The position numbers and the translations under genes are program-made. DNA of 64,000 bases from Felis catus. Lineage: Eukaryota. The notes under the pieces are model-generated. The model saw only the letters and a program-made list of their open reading frames with translations, made no database searches and had not been told where the DNA came from. The stretch lies in assembly GCF_018350175.1 (NCBI RefSeq), contig NC_058368.1:61568001-61632000 (forward strand), given 5' to 3'. Shown here piece after piece: positions 1 to 12,799 of the stretch; position 1 is the first letter of the stretch, and each line of letters begins with the position of its first letter.

Positions 1-280
1 GATTGTTTGCTTAATTATGTCCTGTGCTAGTGTATTGAAATTGAAATAAAAATTACTGAATATTAAGTACATATATTGAATATATACTTAAGATAACTGA
101 ATATAACTATATTGAAAAAACTAGAAATGTAACTTTGGAGGTGAAAGATCATTTTATACTTTTCTAATTTGCTTCTTAACCTCAAATACTGATTTTAAGT
201 CACCATTCCACATTCTTAATAAATGAGTATATTTACTTTAATTCTGTTGGTAGGTACTATTTTTGAAATATATAATCTGC

Positions 281-288
281 TTTTTTTC

Positions 289-319
<31 letters not shown>

Positions 320-358
320 CTTTTCTTTTCTTTTCTTTTTTCTTTTCTTTTCTTTTCC
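281..358. repeat. (TTTTC)n microsatellite
   Basis: Direct tandem TTTTC units. Confidence 0.95.
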
Positions 359-448
359 TCTTAAATTGAATCCTTTCCATGTACTCTATGTACTTTTAAT
401 CTGGAAAAAAAAATAACTTTGACATAGTGCTCAGAACAACAAGGGGTA

Positions 449-720
449 GGGGCACCTGGGTGGCTCAGTCGGTTAGGCAAACAACTTCGGCACAGGTCAT
501 GATCTTGCAGTTTGTGAGTTCGAGTCTCGCATCGGGCTCAGTGCCAACAGCTCAGAGCCCGGAGCCTGCTTCAGATTCTGTGTCTCCCCATCTTTCTGCC
601 CCTCATGCTTTGTCTCTCTCTCTCTCTCAATAATGAGCTTTCTGCTCATGCTTTGTCTCTCTCTATCTCTCAATAATAAATGAACATTAAAAAAAAAACA
701 AAACAAAAAAACAACAAAAA
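449..720 (+). mobile_element. Can-SINE (feline SINEC-type) with internal 3' duplication
   Basis: GGGGCACCTGGGTGGCTCAGTCGGTTA head (Pol III A-box), GTTCGAG B-box, (CT)n tract, AATAAA and A-rich tail. Confidence 0.95.
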
Positions 721-774
721 ATAATCAGAACTTAGTACTACTGCATATATACAAATAAACCAGTTTGAACACAT

Positions 775-1792
775 GCATTTATTTAACAATTTTTTTAATT
801 GAATGTATCCTACATATTAGATACTGTGTAAAGTGGTTGGGGTTCTTCAGTAAACCAAACAAATAAAATTTCCTGGCCTTGTGGTATTTTCATTCTACTG
901 AGGAGAGAGGCAATATATAATAGTCAAGATAAATAAGATAAATAAATATAATATATTACAAAGGATTTGAACTAAATAAAAGAAGAAATAAAACATCTTG
1001 CAGTATAATGGGGATTGAGATGCTAAGATGAACAAATGTGTGCTTGTATTTAAAATAGGGCTTTCTCCACTGAAAGATTTATTTGAGAAAAGACATGACT
1101 GTAGTAAAGGAAATGGGCATCTGGTGAAAGAAAGGTTTGAAGGAGAAACAGCCAGCACAAAGTCTCTGTGGCGAGAGTGTGATTGCTGTGCTCAAGAAAA
1201 GTAAAACTGGAGCAAATAATATGGAAAGGTTGGGGTAGAAGAGGATGAGTAAGGGAGGTAACTTGCCTTTTTCTGGATGAAACAAAGAGCCATTGTAGAA
1301 TTTTGAAATGAATTACAGTCTTTGACATTATGTATACTATATATCGTGTATAATACATATATAAATGTATATCTGAATGTACATGCATGCATACCCATAC
1401 ATATATATGTACACATGCATATATGTACATAATATGATTCAGTGTTCAGAATAGAACACAAGGAGACAAGATTAGAAGCAGGGAGACCACATAGAAGACT
1501 TTTTCAATAGTTCAGTTATGGGCTGATGGGGTGGGAGTGGAGGAGTTTAAAGTGCTTGAAATGGAACTGTCAGGAAGATAGAGAGTTGTGGATTTGCTTA
1601 ATAGATTGGATATGAGGTGTTAGTAAAATAGAAACAGAGAATTGACCCCACAGTTTTTTATTTCAACATCTGAAGGGATGGAATGTCACCAACTGAAATA
1701 AGGAATTTATTAGTGGATTTAGGGGAAAAATAGAAATTTTAGTTTTGATATATGTTAAATATTCTAATGGAGATGTCAAGAAAATAATTGGA
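775..1792 (-). mobile_element. LINE-2 (L2) 3' fragment
   Basis: Degenerate match to the antisense L2 3' end (catttatttaacaa...ttgaatgtatcctac...; agttttgatatatgttaa...ggagatgtcaag). Confidence 0.7.
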
Positions 1793-2314
1793 AGTAATAT
1801 GCATACCACTACACAGTACTACAGTATTCAGTAGTTGTTTATGTATTTACCTTTACAGTGAGTTTTATGCATTCATATTTTTTGTTGTTTAATATCCTCT
1901 TATTTCATCTTGAAGAACACTAGCATTTATATAGGAAGGTCTAGTGGTGATGAACTTATTTGTCTGGTGCATTTCTTCTTCATTTTGAAGGACATTTTTT
2001 TCTGGGTATATTATTCTTCATTGGCAGGTTGTTTTTTTATTCTTTCAGCATTTACTGTATCTTACCACTCACTATGGCCTGCGAGATTTCTACTGAGAAA
2101 TCTACTGATAGTCCAATGGAGGCTCTCTTGTACATGATGAATCATTTTTCTCTTGCTGCTTTCAAAATGTTGTCTTTGTCTGATTTTTGGACAGCTTGAC
2201 TACAATGTGCCTGGATATAAATTTCTTTGGGTCCTCTTATTTGAAATCCTTTGGACTTTGTGGATCTGGATGTCCATTTTTCTATCCATGTTTAGGAAGT
2301 TTTCAGCCACTCTC

Positions 2315-2754
2315 TTTTTTTTTTTTTCTTTTTTTATGTTTATTTACATTAAAAAAAAATTTTTTAACATTTATTCATTTTTGAGAGAGACAGAGCATGA
2401 GTGAGGGAGGGGCAGAGAGAGGAGACACAGAATTGGAAGTGAGCTCCAAGCTCTGAGCTGTCAGCACAGAGCCTGATGCAGGGCTCAAACCCACAAACCA
2501 TAAGATCATGACCTGAGCTGAAGTCTGAGGCTTAACCAACTGAGCCACCCAGGCACCCCTATTTACTTTTGAGAGAGAGACAGAGAGACAGAGCATGAGT
2601 GGGGAGGGGCAGAGAGAGAGGGAAACACAGGATCTGAAGCAGGCTTCAGACTCTAAATTGTCAGCACAGAGCCCAATGCAGGGCTTGAATTTATGAACTG
2701 TGAGACCATGAGCTGAAGTCAGATGCTTAACCTACTGAATTACCCAGGTGCCCC
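2315..2754 (-). mobile_element. Can-SINE (outer, interrupted by a second SINE)
   Basis: Poly-T tail at 2315-2335, body 2560-2754 ending CCAGGTGCCCC; degenerate TSD tcagccact/tcacccact. Confidence 0.9.
2351..2559 (-). mobile_element. Can-SINE (inner, nested in tail of outer SINE)
   Basis: Complete SINE flanked by TSD tatttacatt (2341-2350) / tatttacttt (2560-2569). Confidence 0.93.
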
Positions 2755-2812
2755 TCACCCACTATTTCTTTAAATAATCTTCCTACTCCTTTCTCTCTGT
2801 GCCCTTCCCCTG

Positions 2813-3050
2813 GGATATATACATTTGGAAATGAGAGATCAATGCCAGCTAGAGATAAAAATTGAAAGTTAGAATAATATAAATTACAATAATTACGTCA
2901 GACAAGATCAGGAAAATATGTGTAGTTAGACAAGGAGGGAATGAGAGATTGAATCTTGGGCACTTCATCACAAGAGTTCAGGATGACTAGGAGGGACCAT
3001 CAAAAAAAACAGGTATTGTTGCAGAAGCAAATGCAAGTAAATGTGTCAAA
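2813..3050 (-). mobile_element. LINE-2 continuation
   Basis: Resumes L2-like sequence (ggatatatacatttgga...ctagagataaaaattgaaag) collinear with 775-1792. Confidence 0.6.
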
Positions 3051-3149
3051 GTATAATTCATCTATTGTTACTTCTTCTTTTTTCCTCCTCCTGTCCTTTC
3101 TCTGTCTCTCTCTGTCTCTCATTTTTGTAATGTGTGTGGATTCTGTTTA

Positions 3150-3430
3150 AAAGTTAAATCTTTGCATAACTCAAGGTCAACAAGGTTTTTCTGTTATGTT
3201 TTCATATAGAAGTTAGATACTTTTAGTTCTTACATTTAGATCTAGTATTCATTTCTACCTAAGTGGTTAAAGCTGTGAGATAAGGGTCATGATGCATTTC
3301 TTTTGCAATGTGCCAGTACCATTAATTGGAAACATAATCTTCAAACTATTGAATTGTCATTGCTTATTCTAAATTACGAATCCATTGTCTTATTGTCCAC
3401 AAATGAATATATTTTTGATTATAATAGTTA
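3150..3430 (-). mobile_element. Old L1 ORF2 fragment
   Basis: tctttgcataactcaaggtca...ttttagttcttacatttagatcta, typical antisense L1M ORF2. Confidence 0.65.
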
Positions 3431-3711
3431 TGAATTCTATTCAATATTTATTATTTGGGATACTTATGTTTCATCACAACTTGTGTTTTTTTGTGGCTTT
3501 AGTTATTTTTAAAATTTCTGTGAAACTCTTACTGGTCATTTCAATAATTTTATTTTCTATATTATCTCTGTTAATATAGAATATAATCTCTTCGTCAGGG
3601 TTCACTTCTCTTTTGCCATTAATTCTCTGAAAACATTTTTGCTTTTTTGTTGTTGTTTTGTTCTATTAAAGAGTGGCTGGTTAGGTTTGTTTGTTTGTTT
3701 GTTTGTTTTTA

Positions 3712-3938
3712 TTTTTAAAAAAAATTTTTTTTCAACGTTTTTTATTTATTTTTGGGACAGAGCAAGACAGAGCATGAACGGGGTAGGGGCAGAGAGAGAG
3801 GGAGACACAGAATGGGAAACAGGCTCCAGGCTCTGAGCCATCAGCCCAGAGCCCAACGCGGGGCTCGAACCCACGGACCGTGAGATTGTGACCTGGCTGA
3901 AGTCGGACGCTTAACCGACTGTGCCACCCAGGCGCCCC
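3712..3938 (-). mobile_element. Young feline Can-SINE (SINEC_Fc-like)
   Basis: CpG-rich near-consensus body; TSD tgtttgtttgttttt on both sides. Confidence 0.96.
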
Positions 3939-4214
3939 TGTTTGTTTGTTTTTAATATAGGTAGTTAGCATGAGTTTTCTCTGTCATTTTATAAGATGGG
4001 TATGTCTTGAATAGTTGTCTCATCTGAAGAGTAGTGATAAAAAGGACCACTGTGTTGTTTTTTATCAACTTACACACTATACCTTTATATGTTTGGTTAT
4101 AAGGTAGTAACAGAATGCAGAATGAAAGAGTATTTTGGCTGGGTCATCCTCATTCAGGAAAACCAAAATCCTAGATTTTCCCAAGACAAAATTTTCCCTA
4201 CCTTGTATAAATTT

Positions 4215-4440
4215 TCAGATGCCAGTTTCTCTATCTCCTCCAATTAAATTCTTGATGTATTGCTCAGTTCTGTTGTAATATCTGTCGTTTCTTGTAGTGG
4301 AACCTATATCAGTACCTTTATTCTTGCAGTCTCCTTTTGTAACTATCCTGGTCAAATCTGGCCCCATCTGTTCCCATACACTCTGAAGGTCTTTAATGAC
4401 ACTAACTGGCTGATGGTCACCTGCCTTCATTCCCAACACA
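4215..4440 (+). mobile_element. Possible ancient L2 fragment
   Basis: Reverse complement resembles the L2 motif gaaggcagg...ccagttag...ttgaccaggatagt; highly diverged. Confidence 0.35.
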
Positions 4441-5409
4441 CATATGCCGATTCATCCTGGTATATGTGAGTAAATTTGGTAGTTGGGCATCTTAGTGCTC
4501 ATGACTAAATCGTTTTATTAATTATCTCCTAAGTCAGTCTGAATAAAGCATATACTTTGAAAATAGAGTTATTTTTTTACTAGGTGAATATTCTATCGTA
4601 TGAAGATAATGGCAATGATGTGGAAGAGAAGGAGGAGGAAGATGACAGTGATATGAATGATTGATGCTTTGAAAATTAATTTCCAAGAAGTACTAAACTA
4701 ATGAAAACAAAGTCTTCCAAAAAGAGATCAAGTGCATATGAACTCTTGGCAAGCCGTTTTCTCAGATTTCTACCTTTTGGGTTATATTCTTATGATGAAA
4801 GGTTAAGGTTTATATTAGTTACTAAAGACTACCAACTATGTCCTCCTTAAACAATGTTTTTATAGATTTAAATTTCTGGATTATTATTAGTTTGTTTCTG
4901 AAGGGCGAAGAGTACATGTTAACAAATTTCTGCAAAACTTTCTTTTGTAAATTATTACACTATACCTTGTAACAGCAATGTGTGCTATGAACTTATATTA
5001 TAACTTTGTTTCCTTGCATAGTCAAGGAAAATTGATTTTTCAAGGAGGGACAGGAAAGAGAACAGGGAGTGTTGTAGGTATTGTAAGCAAAACTTTCATT
5101 GGACAAAGCTCAACAGGTAAGAAAGACTATACTCAAGGCTATTGCAATGGGGGAGAGAGACTAAAACTCAGTCTGAACTCAACTCCATTGAAACAAAGGG
5201 CTGGAGAGATTATAAAACTGGGATGGGGATGGGGAACACAGGCCGTCTCTGTTTCCTAATTAGTCTCACCCAAAGAACAAGTAAACTTGGTCTATCTTCA
5301 TAACATGAGTTAGTTTTACAACTCAAAGCAAGGGCCCTGTTTAATTTAGGCTCCTGCTCTCCCACAAAGACTATGAGATAGAGGTGCTATCTATTTTGCT
5401 AATAAAATC

Positions 5410-6348
5410 TTTTTAAAAATTTTAATTCCAATATAGTCAAAGTACAGTGTTACATTAGTTTCAGGTGTACAATATAGTGGATCAATAATTCTGTACATTA
5501 TGCAGTGTTCATCATGCATAAGTGTACTCTTACCTTCCCTTTACTCTTACCCCTTCACCTATTTCACCCATCCCCCCACCCACCTCCCCCTGGTAACCAT
5601 CAGTTTACTCTCTGTAAGTTAAAAGTCTGTTTTTTGGTTTGTCTCTTTTTTTCCTTCTCCCATTTGTTTTGTTTCTTAAATTCCACATAGGAGTAAAATC
5701 ATGTATTTTTGTCTTTCTCTGAAGGACTTATCTTGCTTAGCATAATACTCTCTAAATCCATCTATGTTGCTGCAAATAAAAATATTTCATTCTTCTTTAT
5801 GGGGGAATAATATTCTATTGTAAATATATTACATCATCAGGGAAATGCAAATCAAAACCACAATGAGATGTCACCTCACACCTGTCAGAATGGATAAAAT
5901 TAAAACCCAAGAAACAGGGGCGCCTGGGTGGCTCAGTCGGTTAAGTGGCCGACTTCGGCTCAGGTCATGATCTGGCGGTTTGTGAGTTCGAGCCCCGCGT
6001 CGGGCTCTGTGCTGACAGCTCAGAGCCTGGAGCCTGTTTCGGATTCTGTGTCTCCCTCTCTCTCTGACCCTCCCCCGTTCATGCTCTGTCTCTCTCTGTC
6101 TCAAAAATAAATAAACATTTAAAAAAAAATTAAACCCAAGAAACAAGTGTCAATGAGGAGATGGAGAAAAAGGAACCCTCTTTCATTGTTGGTGGGAATG
6201 CAAACTGCTGCAGCCAATGTGGAAAATGGTATTGAGGTTTCTCAAAAAATTAAAAATAGAACTGCCATATGATGCAGTAATCTCATTACTGGGTATTTAC
6301 CCAAAGAATACAAAAGCAATGATTCAAAGGATATATGCACCCATAATA
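5410..6348 (-). mobile_element. 5'-inverted (twin-primed) carnivore L1 3' fragment
   Basis: Antisense 3'UTR 5410-5835 joined to sense ORF2-end sequence 5832-6345; degenerate TSD ttgctaataaaatc / ttgttaataatatt. Confidence 0.85.
5917..6131 (+). mobile_element. Young feline Can-SINE
   Basis: Near-consensus body; perfect TSD aaacccaagaaaca at 5903-5916 and 6132-6145. Confidence 0.97.
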
Positions 6349-6423
6349 TTGTTAATAATATTTTAAATGGATGCCTCCCAGTTCCTTGAGAAAGACCAGT
6401 TATAAAACTACCTAGGGACTTGT

Positions 6424-6657
6424 GGGGCACCTGGGTGGCTCAGTCAGTTAGGCATCCAACCCTTGATTCCAGCTCAGGTCATGATCTCAGGGTTCATGAG
6501 TTTGAGCCCTGTGTCAGGCTCTGTGAAGACAGTGCAGAGCCTGCTTGGGATTCTCTCTCTCTCCCTGCCCCTCTCTGGCTCGCTCTCTCTCTGTCTCTCT
6601 CCCTCTCCCTCTCAAATAAATAAACTTAAAAACATTTTTTAATTAAAAAAAACCCAC
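6424..6657 (+). mobile_element. Can-SINE (older subfamily)
   Basis: GGGGCACCTGGGTGGCTCAG head, CT tract, A tail; TSD core aaactacc. Confidence 0.93.
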
Positions 6658-6889
6658 AAACTACCAAGAGGCTTTTAAAAAAGATGTACATCTCAAAGGG
6701 ACAGAGAAATAATTTGCAGTTACAGATTTTCTAAAGTAAATACCTAAGAAAGGGGATGAAGGAAACTCTATGGCAAGATCATCTGGATTCTGTAAGAGCC
6801 AGGTGGCAGGGAAGTCAGAGGCCACAAGTCAGGAAGAAGCATGTCTAAATTTCTGTGAAGGCAAGGATAACATTAAGGTCAATATACAT

Positions 6890-7030
6890 CATCTGCACCA
6901 GTGTTCACAGCAATCTTATGAGACAGACATTATTTTCTTTCCAATCAGATGAATCTCAGTGATTTAAGACATCTGGCAAAATTCATAAGTCCATTTATGG
7001 TAAACCCAAGATTCAAACTTATCTCTATTA
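6890..7030 (-). mobile_element. MIR fragment
   Basis: tcacagcaatcttatgag...cagatgaa...ccaagattcaaac resembles the antisense MIR core. Confidence 0.5.
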
Positions 7031-8195
7031 ACTGCACATTATTTTTTTCTAACCAGAAATTTTTGACTAATATGAAACATTGTTGTCTAAATTATCACTC
7101 TTCTATCTTCTACTTTTTTTAATGCAATGGAAAGCTAAATTAATAAAGAATCCAGGGGAAAAAATAAGACATTAATAGACTCTAAAAAGCTGCAGAAGTT
7201 CCAAAAGAGATTTGAAAGGTTAGGGATCAAAGGCCTCATGTTTTGAAATTGCACATTATCTATGCCGAATCATTATACTAATGAGTTCCCACTGTAGAGT
7301 TCACATTTATAAAAAGAGGGTTTTCATATTCCAGATGTAGAGTCAAATCTTCCTAATGCATTTCCTTTTCCCTTTGGAAATAGCCTTACCTCATTAAGTC
7401 CAGGAGGACATTTTTTCCAAAAGCTGTCTCTCTTTGAATTGATAACTTTATTTTTTTTAACAAAAGTCTACCAGGAAACTTTACTGTAATATGATATACT
7501 CATATCTAAACACATTTTTTTTCATTGTCACATTACAATATATGGAAAATATGTTCCACTTGTAGTCTAGCTTGTAACTTCTCATATCTATTATACTGAC
7601 ACAACAGAGGACCTTCATGCTAATCTATATAAGATGCTAGTCCTGTCTTCCCCAGTGAAGTTCAATGGTTTACAGTTATTTCTAATGGTTTAACGTTTCT
7701 TTGGGTGCACAGTCACATGTAAAACTAATATGCAAAGCACACTAAAGCTTAATGTCTCTGTTTGGAGAAGGATTCGGACTCAGAAATCTTCATGTCTATG
7801 ACCAGTACCTTTTAGCATCCCCAGAGGAACTTTTGCAAGAACATGCGGCTCCATAGAAATCGTTTAGAAAAGATCTACCTGGTATAATAATCTCCACATA
7901 TTTAGATAAGAAAACTGAAGGGAATAAAGAGAATAATCCATGTCTTACATTTTACAAATAGTATAAAGTAAAGCCTTAACCATGTTAGTCCTGGTCCTGT
8001 ATAATTTCTAGGTTTGCTACTTCTCAAATAATTAGAAATCCATATAGAATTAAAAGAAAAGTTCAAGATTTAAATGTTCAAGTATAAACATATAAAAATG
8101 TGTCCTTCTGGACTTAATTCGATGAAAAGATCATTTCATGTATTTGATTGTCATATGTCAATGTTATCACGTTCATTTAAAAAATGGATGCTTAC

Positions 8196-8406
8196 AGGGT
8201 GCTTGGGTGGATCAGTCAGTTAAGCGTCTGACTTTGGCTCAGATCATGATCTCACAGTGTGTGGGTTTGAGCCCCACATCAGACTTTGCAGTGACAACTC
8301 GGAGCCTGGAGCCTGCTTCAGATTCTGTGTCTCCCTCTCTCTCTGCCTCTCCCTGCTCGTGCTCATGCTCTGTCTCTCAAAAATGAATAAACATTTACAT
8401 TTTTTA
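8196..8406 (+). mobile_element. Can-SINE
   Basis: Typical head, body and tail; degenerate TSD aaaaaatg. Confidence 0.93.
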
Positions 8407-9359
8407 AAAAATGCATATTCATGACATAAAATTAATGAAGCTTACACATTTTGCCCTTACTTCTGGTGTACCAAATTCCCACCTTTGGTTTTTCTCAAAC
8501 AAGTTAGCACTGATGGTTTATCTTTTGGGATTTTATGATGTCAAGAATAGAGGCCTTTAGTTGGAAACCTAGAATATTATGCTATTGGAAAAACTGATAT
8601 CAAAATCGTCATTCCAGTTGTTACTTCTACCAATTAAACTCCAAAATTACTTGGATATCTAATTCTCTCTCGAAAGGCTTCTTTTTTCCCCGATTGCTAA
8701 CTCAGTTAATTTATAATATTATTACACTATTCATTCACCATTATCTCTCTGCCAAACAGTATAGTAGGCATTAAGGTTAATAGAAAAACATGGATCACAG
8801 ATATAGCTTTCTGAAATGAGCTTCCTCTCCATTTGGAATCCTTCCTGGTTAGATCCACGTAGTGTGGTCCTGCATTTCTCTCATATTTCAGTTCCTAAGT
8901 GTACTTGCATACTCCTGGCTCAGTCTTTTCTAGGGAAATAACGTTCTCCAGGTTGTGACAGAAATTTCTTTAATGTTAAGTGTATTCTCTGGGGGACAAT
9001 CCTTTTTCCTCTGAGTAATTAAAAATATCCTTTTTCTTTTGCATCTATCTAAGTATTTTGAGATTTTTCTCAGTGATCATATCCATAAACATTCTACCAA
9101 TAGATATACAAGGAAAATTAAAGTTATTTGTTAAAACACCTTTCCCACTTATTTTAAGGTTAAGTTCATTTTTGTACTTGCAGATATCACAGTGCGCCTT
9201 TAAGTTCTACCACAGAATAGGTCTATGATAGGTAAAATTTATAACAGCATGTAACAAACTTGATTTTCACATCTATGCAAGTCTTGCCCAATATTTTATG
9301 AGAAAAGCAGTGGCAATAAATAAGCTTGACGGAACAATTAAACAGTATATTTTCACGAT

Positions 9360-9745
9360 CAAAACCCTAAACATTTACAACACCAAATGCTGATGAGGGT
9401 GCGGGAACGACTGGATCTGGTGCATTACTGGTAGCAATGATTAGGTGGAGCATGGGGCATTTTTAGAGTTGTGAAACTATTCTCTTTGATACAAAAGTGG
9501 AGGATGCATGATACACATTTATCAAAATCCATAGAACCATTCAACACAAACAGTGGTCCCTAATGTAAATTGCAAATTCTAGTTAAAAATAATGCATCCA
9601 TATTTGCTCGTCAGTTTTGACAAATGCATGACACTAAATGAAGATGTTAGTAATAAAAGGAAACTGTGGAGCCTAAGAGAGAGGGAATTAATTAGGACTC
9701 TGCACCATCTGCCTAATATTTGGTAAACATAAATCAAAACATGAA
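9360..9745 (+). mobile_element. Old L1 (L1MC-like) 3' fragment
   Basis: acaacaccaaatgctgatgagg...; gtgaaactattctctttgatac...aaaatccatagaa...cctaatgtaaa 3'UTR motifs. Confidence 0.75.
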
Positions 9746-9764
9746 GCCTAGCGATTAAAAAAAA

Positions 9765-11607
9765 ATTAAATACTTAGCTATAAGCCTAGAAAAACATGTA
9801 CAAGCCTTACATGCTGAAAACTAGAAAATGCTGGTATGTATAAATGGAGAAATAGACCATGTTTATGGGTTAGAACTCTCAATATGGCAGAGATATAATT
9901 TATTTCCAAATGGATATACACACATAACACAATTTGTATGAAAATAATAGCAGGATTATTTTTTTAGATACAGACATGGTTATTATAAAGTGTATATGGA
10001 AAAAAAGAACTAGCGTAGCCAAAGCAATTTTGAAAAAGGAACATATGATCAGAGGAATCAATCTACCTAATTTCAAGATTCCATATAGAGGGACAGTTTA
10101 ACTAAGGCCAAGTGCATGCTGTTTTGAGGATGGTCAGACACAAAGATAAATGACATAGAATAGAATACTTCAAAAATAAACCCATGCAAGTATGCCAAAT
10201 GATTTTTGACAAATGTGCAAAAGAAATTATATGGAAAAAAGATAACATTTTTAGCAAATAGCACTGGTGGTACCAGATATCCATAGTCCAAAACAAACAA
10301 ACAAAAAGTAATGGTAATCTTGACTTGATTTTCTTCCTAAAAAATTAACCCCAAAGTGCATCACAGACTTAATTGTCATATGTATAGCTAAATAAAATAC
10401 AAAACAAAATGTAAGAGAACATCTTTATGATCTAGAGCTGGAATAGATAACGTTCTAAGACTTGAAATGCAAAGTATGATCCATAAAAGGAAAAAATGAT
10501 CAAATTGACTTCATTAAAAATTGAAATATTTTACCCTAAAAAAGACCCTGTCAGCTGATTCAGCAACTATCAACTGGTAAAAAGTACTTGTAAAGCACAT
10601 ATCCAACAAAAGGCTAAATCTAGAATATATAAAGAACTCTAAACAGTAATATGCATACCCACACATACACACACACAAACAAACTCACACATATATATTA
10701 GAAATGGCAAAAGAATTGGGCAGAAGACATTATTAACATTTCACCAGAGAGGACATACAAATGACAAGCTCAATAAAAATATATTAAAATGACATTAGTT
10801 ATTAGGAAAATGTAAATTAAAACCACAATGAGATATCAGTGTGTACTAATCAGCATGGTTAAAATAAATATAAGGACATCAGCAAATGCTGTTGATGATT
10901 CAGGATAACTGGATCACGTATACATTTCTGGTTGGAATCTAAAATGGTGTATGTACTCTAAAAAACAGCTCAGCAGTTTCTTAAACTCAAAACATTGTAA
11001 CCGGCAGCTACACTTTTGGGCACTCATCTAAGAGAAATGGGAATTTATGTTGACACAAAAACCTGTAATTGACTGTTTATATTAGCTTTATTCACAATAG
11101 CCACAAATTGGAAAAACCCAGATATTAAACAAACTGTAGTTCGTCAATACCAGGGAACACTAGTCAGCAATAAAAAGGAATTAACTGTTGATATACCATA
11201 AATATGTATGAATCTCCAGATAATTATGCCAAATGAAAAAAGCCACTCCTCAAAATCACACAGTGGCATACTACATGATTCCATTTAGACAACATTTTTG
11301 AAATAACTAAATTATAGAAATAGAGAATGTATTAGTGGTTGCCAGGAGTTAAGAAAGAGGTAGGTGTGGGAGGGAAGAGAATGTAGCTATAAAAGTGAAA
11401 TCATTGAGAATCCTGTGTTGATGGAATATTCTCTATCTTGACATTCTCAATGGCGATATCCTGGTTGTGGTACTGTATTATAGTTTACAAGATTTTGTCA
11501 TTAAAGGAAACTTGGAAAAGGACACATACATTCTTTCTATATTGTTCTATACTATTTATGACTGTATATGAATCTACAACTTTATCAAAATAAAAAGTTT
11601 AATTAAC
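9765..11607 (+). mobile_element. Old L1 (L1MD-like) ORF2 3' half and 3'UTR
   Basis: Collinear degenerate ORF2 (tttttgacaaatgtgcaaa, aaattaaaaccacaatgagata) and 3'UTR ending gaatctaca...aaaataaaaagtttaattaa. Confidence 0.85.
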
Positions 11608-12742
11608 GAAGGAAAAAATATAGATATAAATATCTCTCTATAAATATCCAACACAGAATCATTACTTAAATAAAATATATATATACAGTAGATATATAAA
11701 TATACTAAAAATTTTCAGACATAGTCATAAGGGATATACCAAATTGATTTATCTGTCATTTCAATATTTTTAAGTTGTAATCTCCTGAGAATATGAAAAA
11801 GTGATGCTTCCTTCAAATTTAAATTAATTCAGTGCTAGATAGAAATGCATTCAAACCTATTAGGAAGAAAAGAGAGAAAACAATCAAGTGGGTAAGACTT
11901 GTACATATTCCATGTGTAATAGTTTAATGGGAATATAAACTACCTGGTATTAAGAGCTGAAAGATAACACGTTAAGGCTATTAATATAATTTGACATGTT
12001 CTATTAGTATCTTCAATAAGAATCTCTCAGTGTAATAGCTAGATATTCTATATGCAACTCAGAATCACCTAATACTGCAAATACAGTCATCAGAAAGATT
12101 TAGAAATATATAGAAAGATATAAGAGAGGGAGGAAGATTGAGAGAACTTAGAAACCTCAAATATATTATTTTTGAGAGAGTAAAAACTATAAAATTTTAT
12201 ATTAAGGAATATGTGCATTTTGGTAATCTAAGTATATATAATATTTAAGATAATTTTACTTATTAGAAAGTGTGCAAGGTCATTTCAATTTTAAATATAC
12301 ACTCAAGTAATGAAAGTCACTTTATGATAATAGCTGAAATGTAATTTCCACAGAATATGGAAATATAAAACAACTAACAATTTAGAATATATAAATTTAA
12401 AATATTAGCCTTATAAATGTTATTTGACTACTCAGGAATGTTTTATTTCTGCGTTAATTAAAATATGCTAAGGAAATGAAAAAAGATATTTAATATATTA
12501 AAACTGTAAATTCAGCTTAAAATATTCAAAGAAATTTAATTAACTAAGTTTGTAAATGGACTTTATGTTATCTAAAGTACTCTTAAATGTAACTTTTAAT
12601 GCTTGCTTGAGATATAAATAGGATGTTATGAATTGTATCCTAAATTTAAAAGCTTAATGAATAAATAATTTTACTTGTAACTTTATATTAATTGAATATT
12701 AATCTTTAAAATCTTAATAGATTTTTTAATAGTCCTCATTCA

Positions 12743-12744
<2 letters not shown>

Positions 12745-12773
<29 letters not shown>
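12745..12773. repeat. (CA)n microsatellite
   Basis: Direct. Confidence 0.9.
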
Positions 12774-12799
12774 ACATATATAACAAAGTCAAGGAAAAA

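Larger units (their letters stand above)
1793..2812 (-). mobile_element. Old L1 (L1M-type) ORF1-region fragment inserted in L2
   Basis: Antisense L1 motifs (tttctactgagaaatctactgatagtc, tttctcttgctgctttcaa, tggatctggatgtccatttt, aggaagttttcagccac). Confidence 0.8.
5082..6881 (-). mobile_element. ERV1-class solo LTR (MER31/MER67-like), interrupted by L1 and SINE insertions
   Basis: TG start; ggacaaag...gctattgcaatgggggagagag...tgaactcaactcc in the left part; ttccttgagaaagac...acatctcaaagggacagagaaa...ttttctaaagtaaat in the right part; ends GGTCA. Confidence 0.65.

Noticed and set aside
449..530. tRNA-like A/B boxes in SINE heads
   Set aside because: tRNA-derived SINE promoters, not tRNA genes
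4213..4471. Possible exon bounded by tttcag| and |gtgagt
   Set aside because: The ATG frame stops after 19 codons, no partner exons found, and the sequence resembles a decayed L2
5928..6110. Recurrent MAQSVK...SAQVMI peptides (also 427, 8138, 57876 and others)
   Set aside because: Chance ORFs within Can-SINE copies, not a gene family
7380..7475. Minus-strand GAG|GTAAGG donor with a weak upstream acceptor
   Set aside because: Isolated signal with no supporting reading frame or other exons
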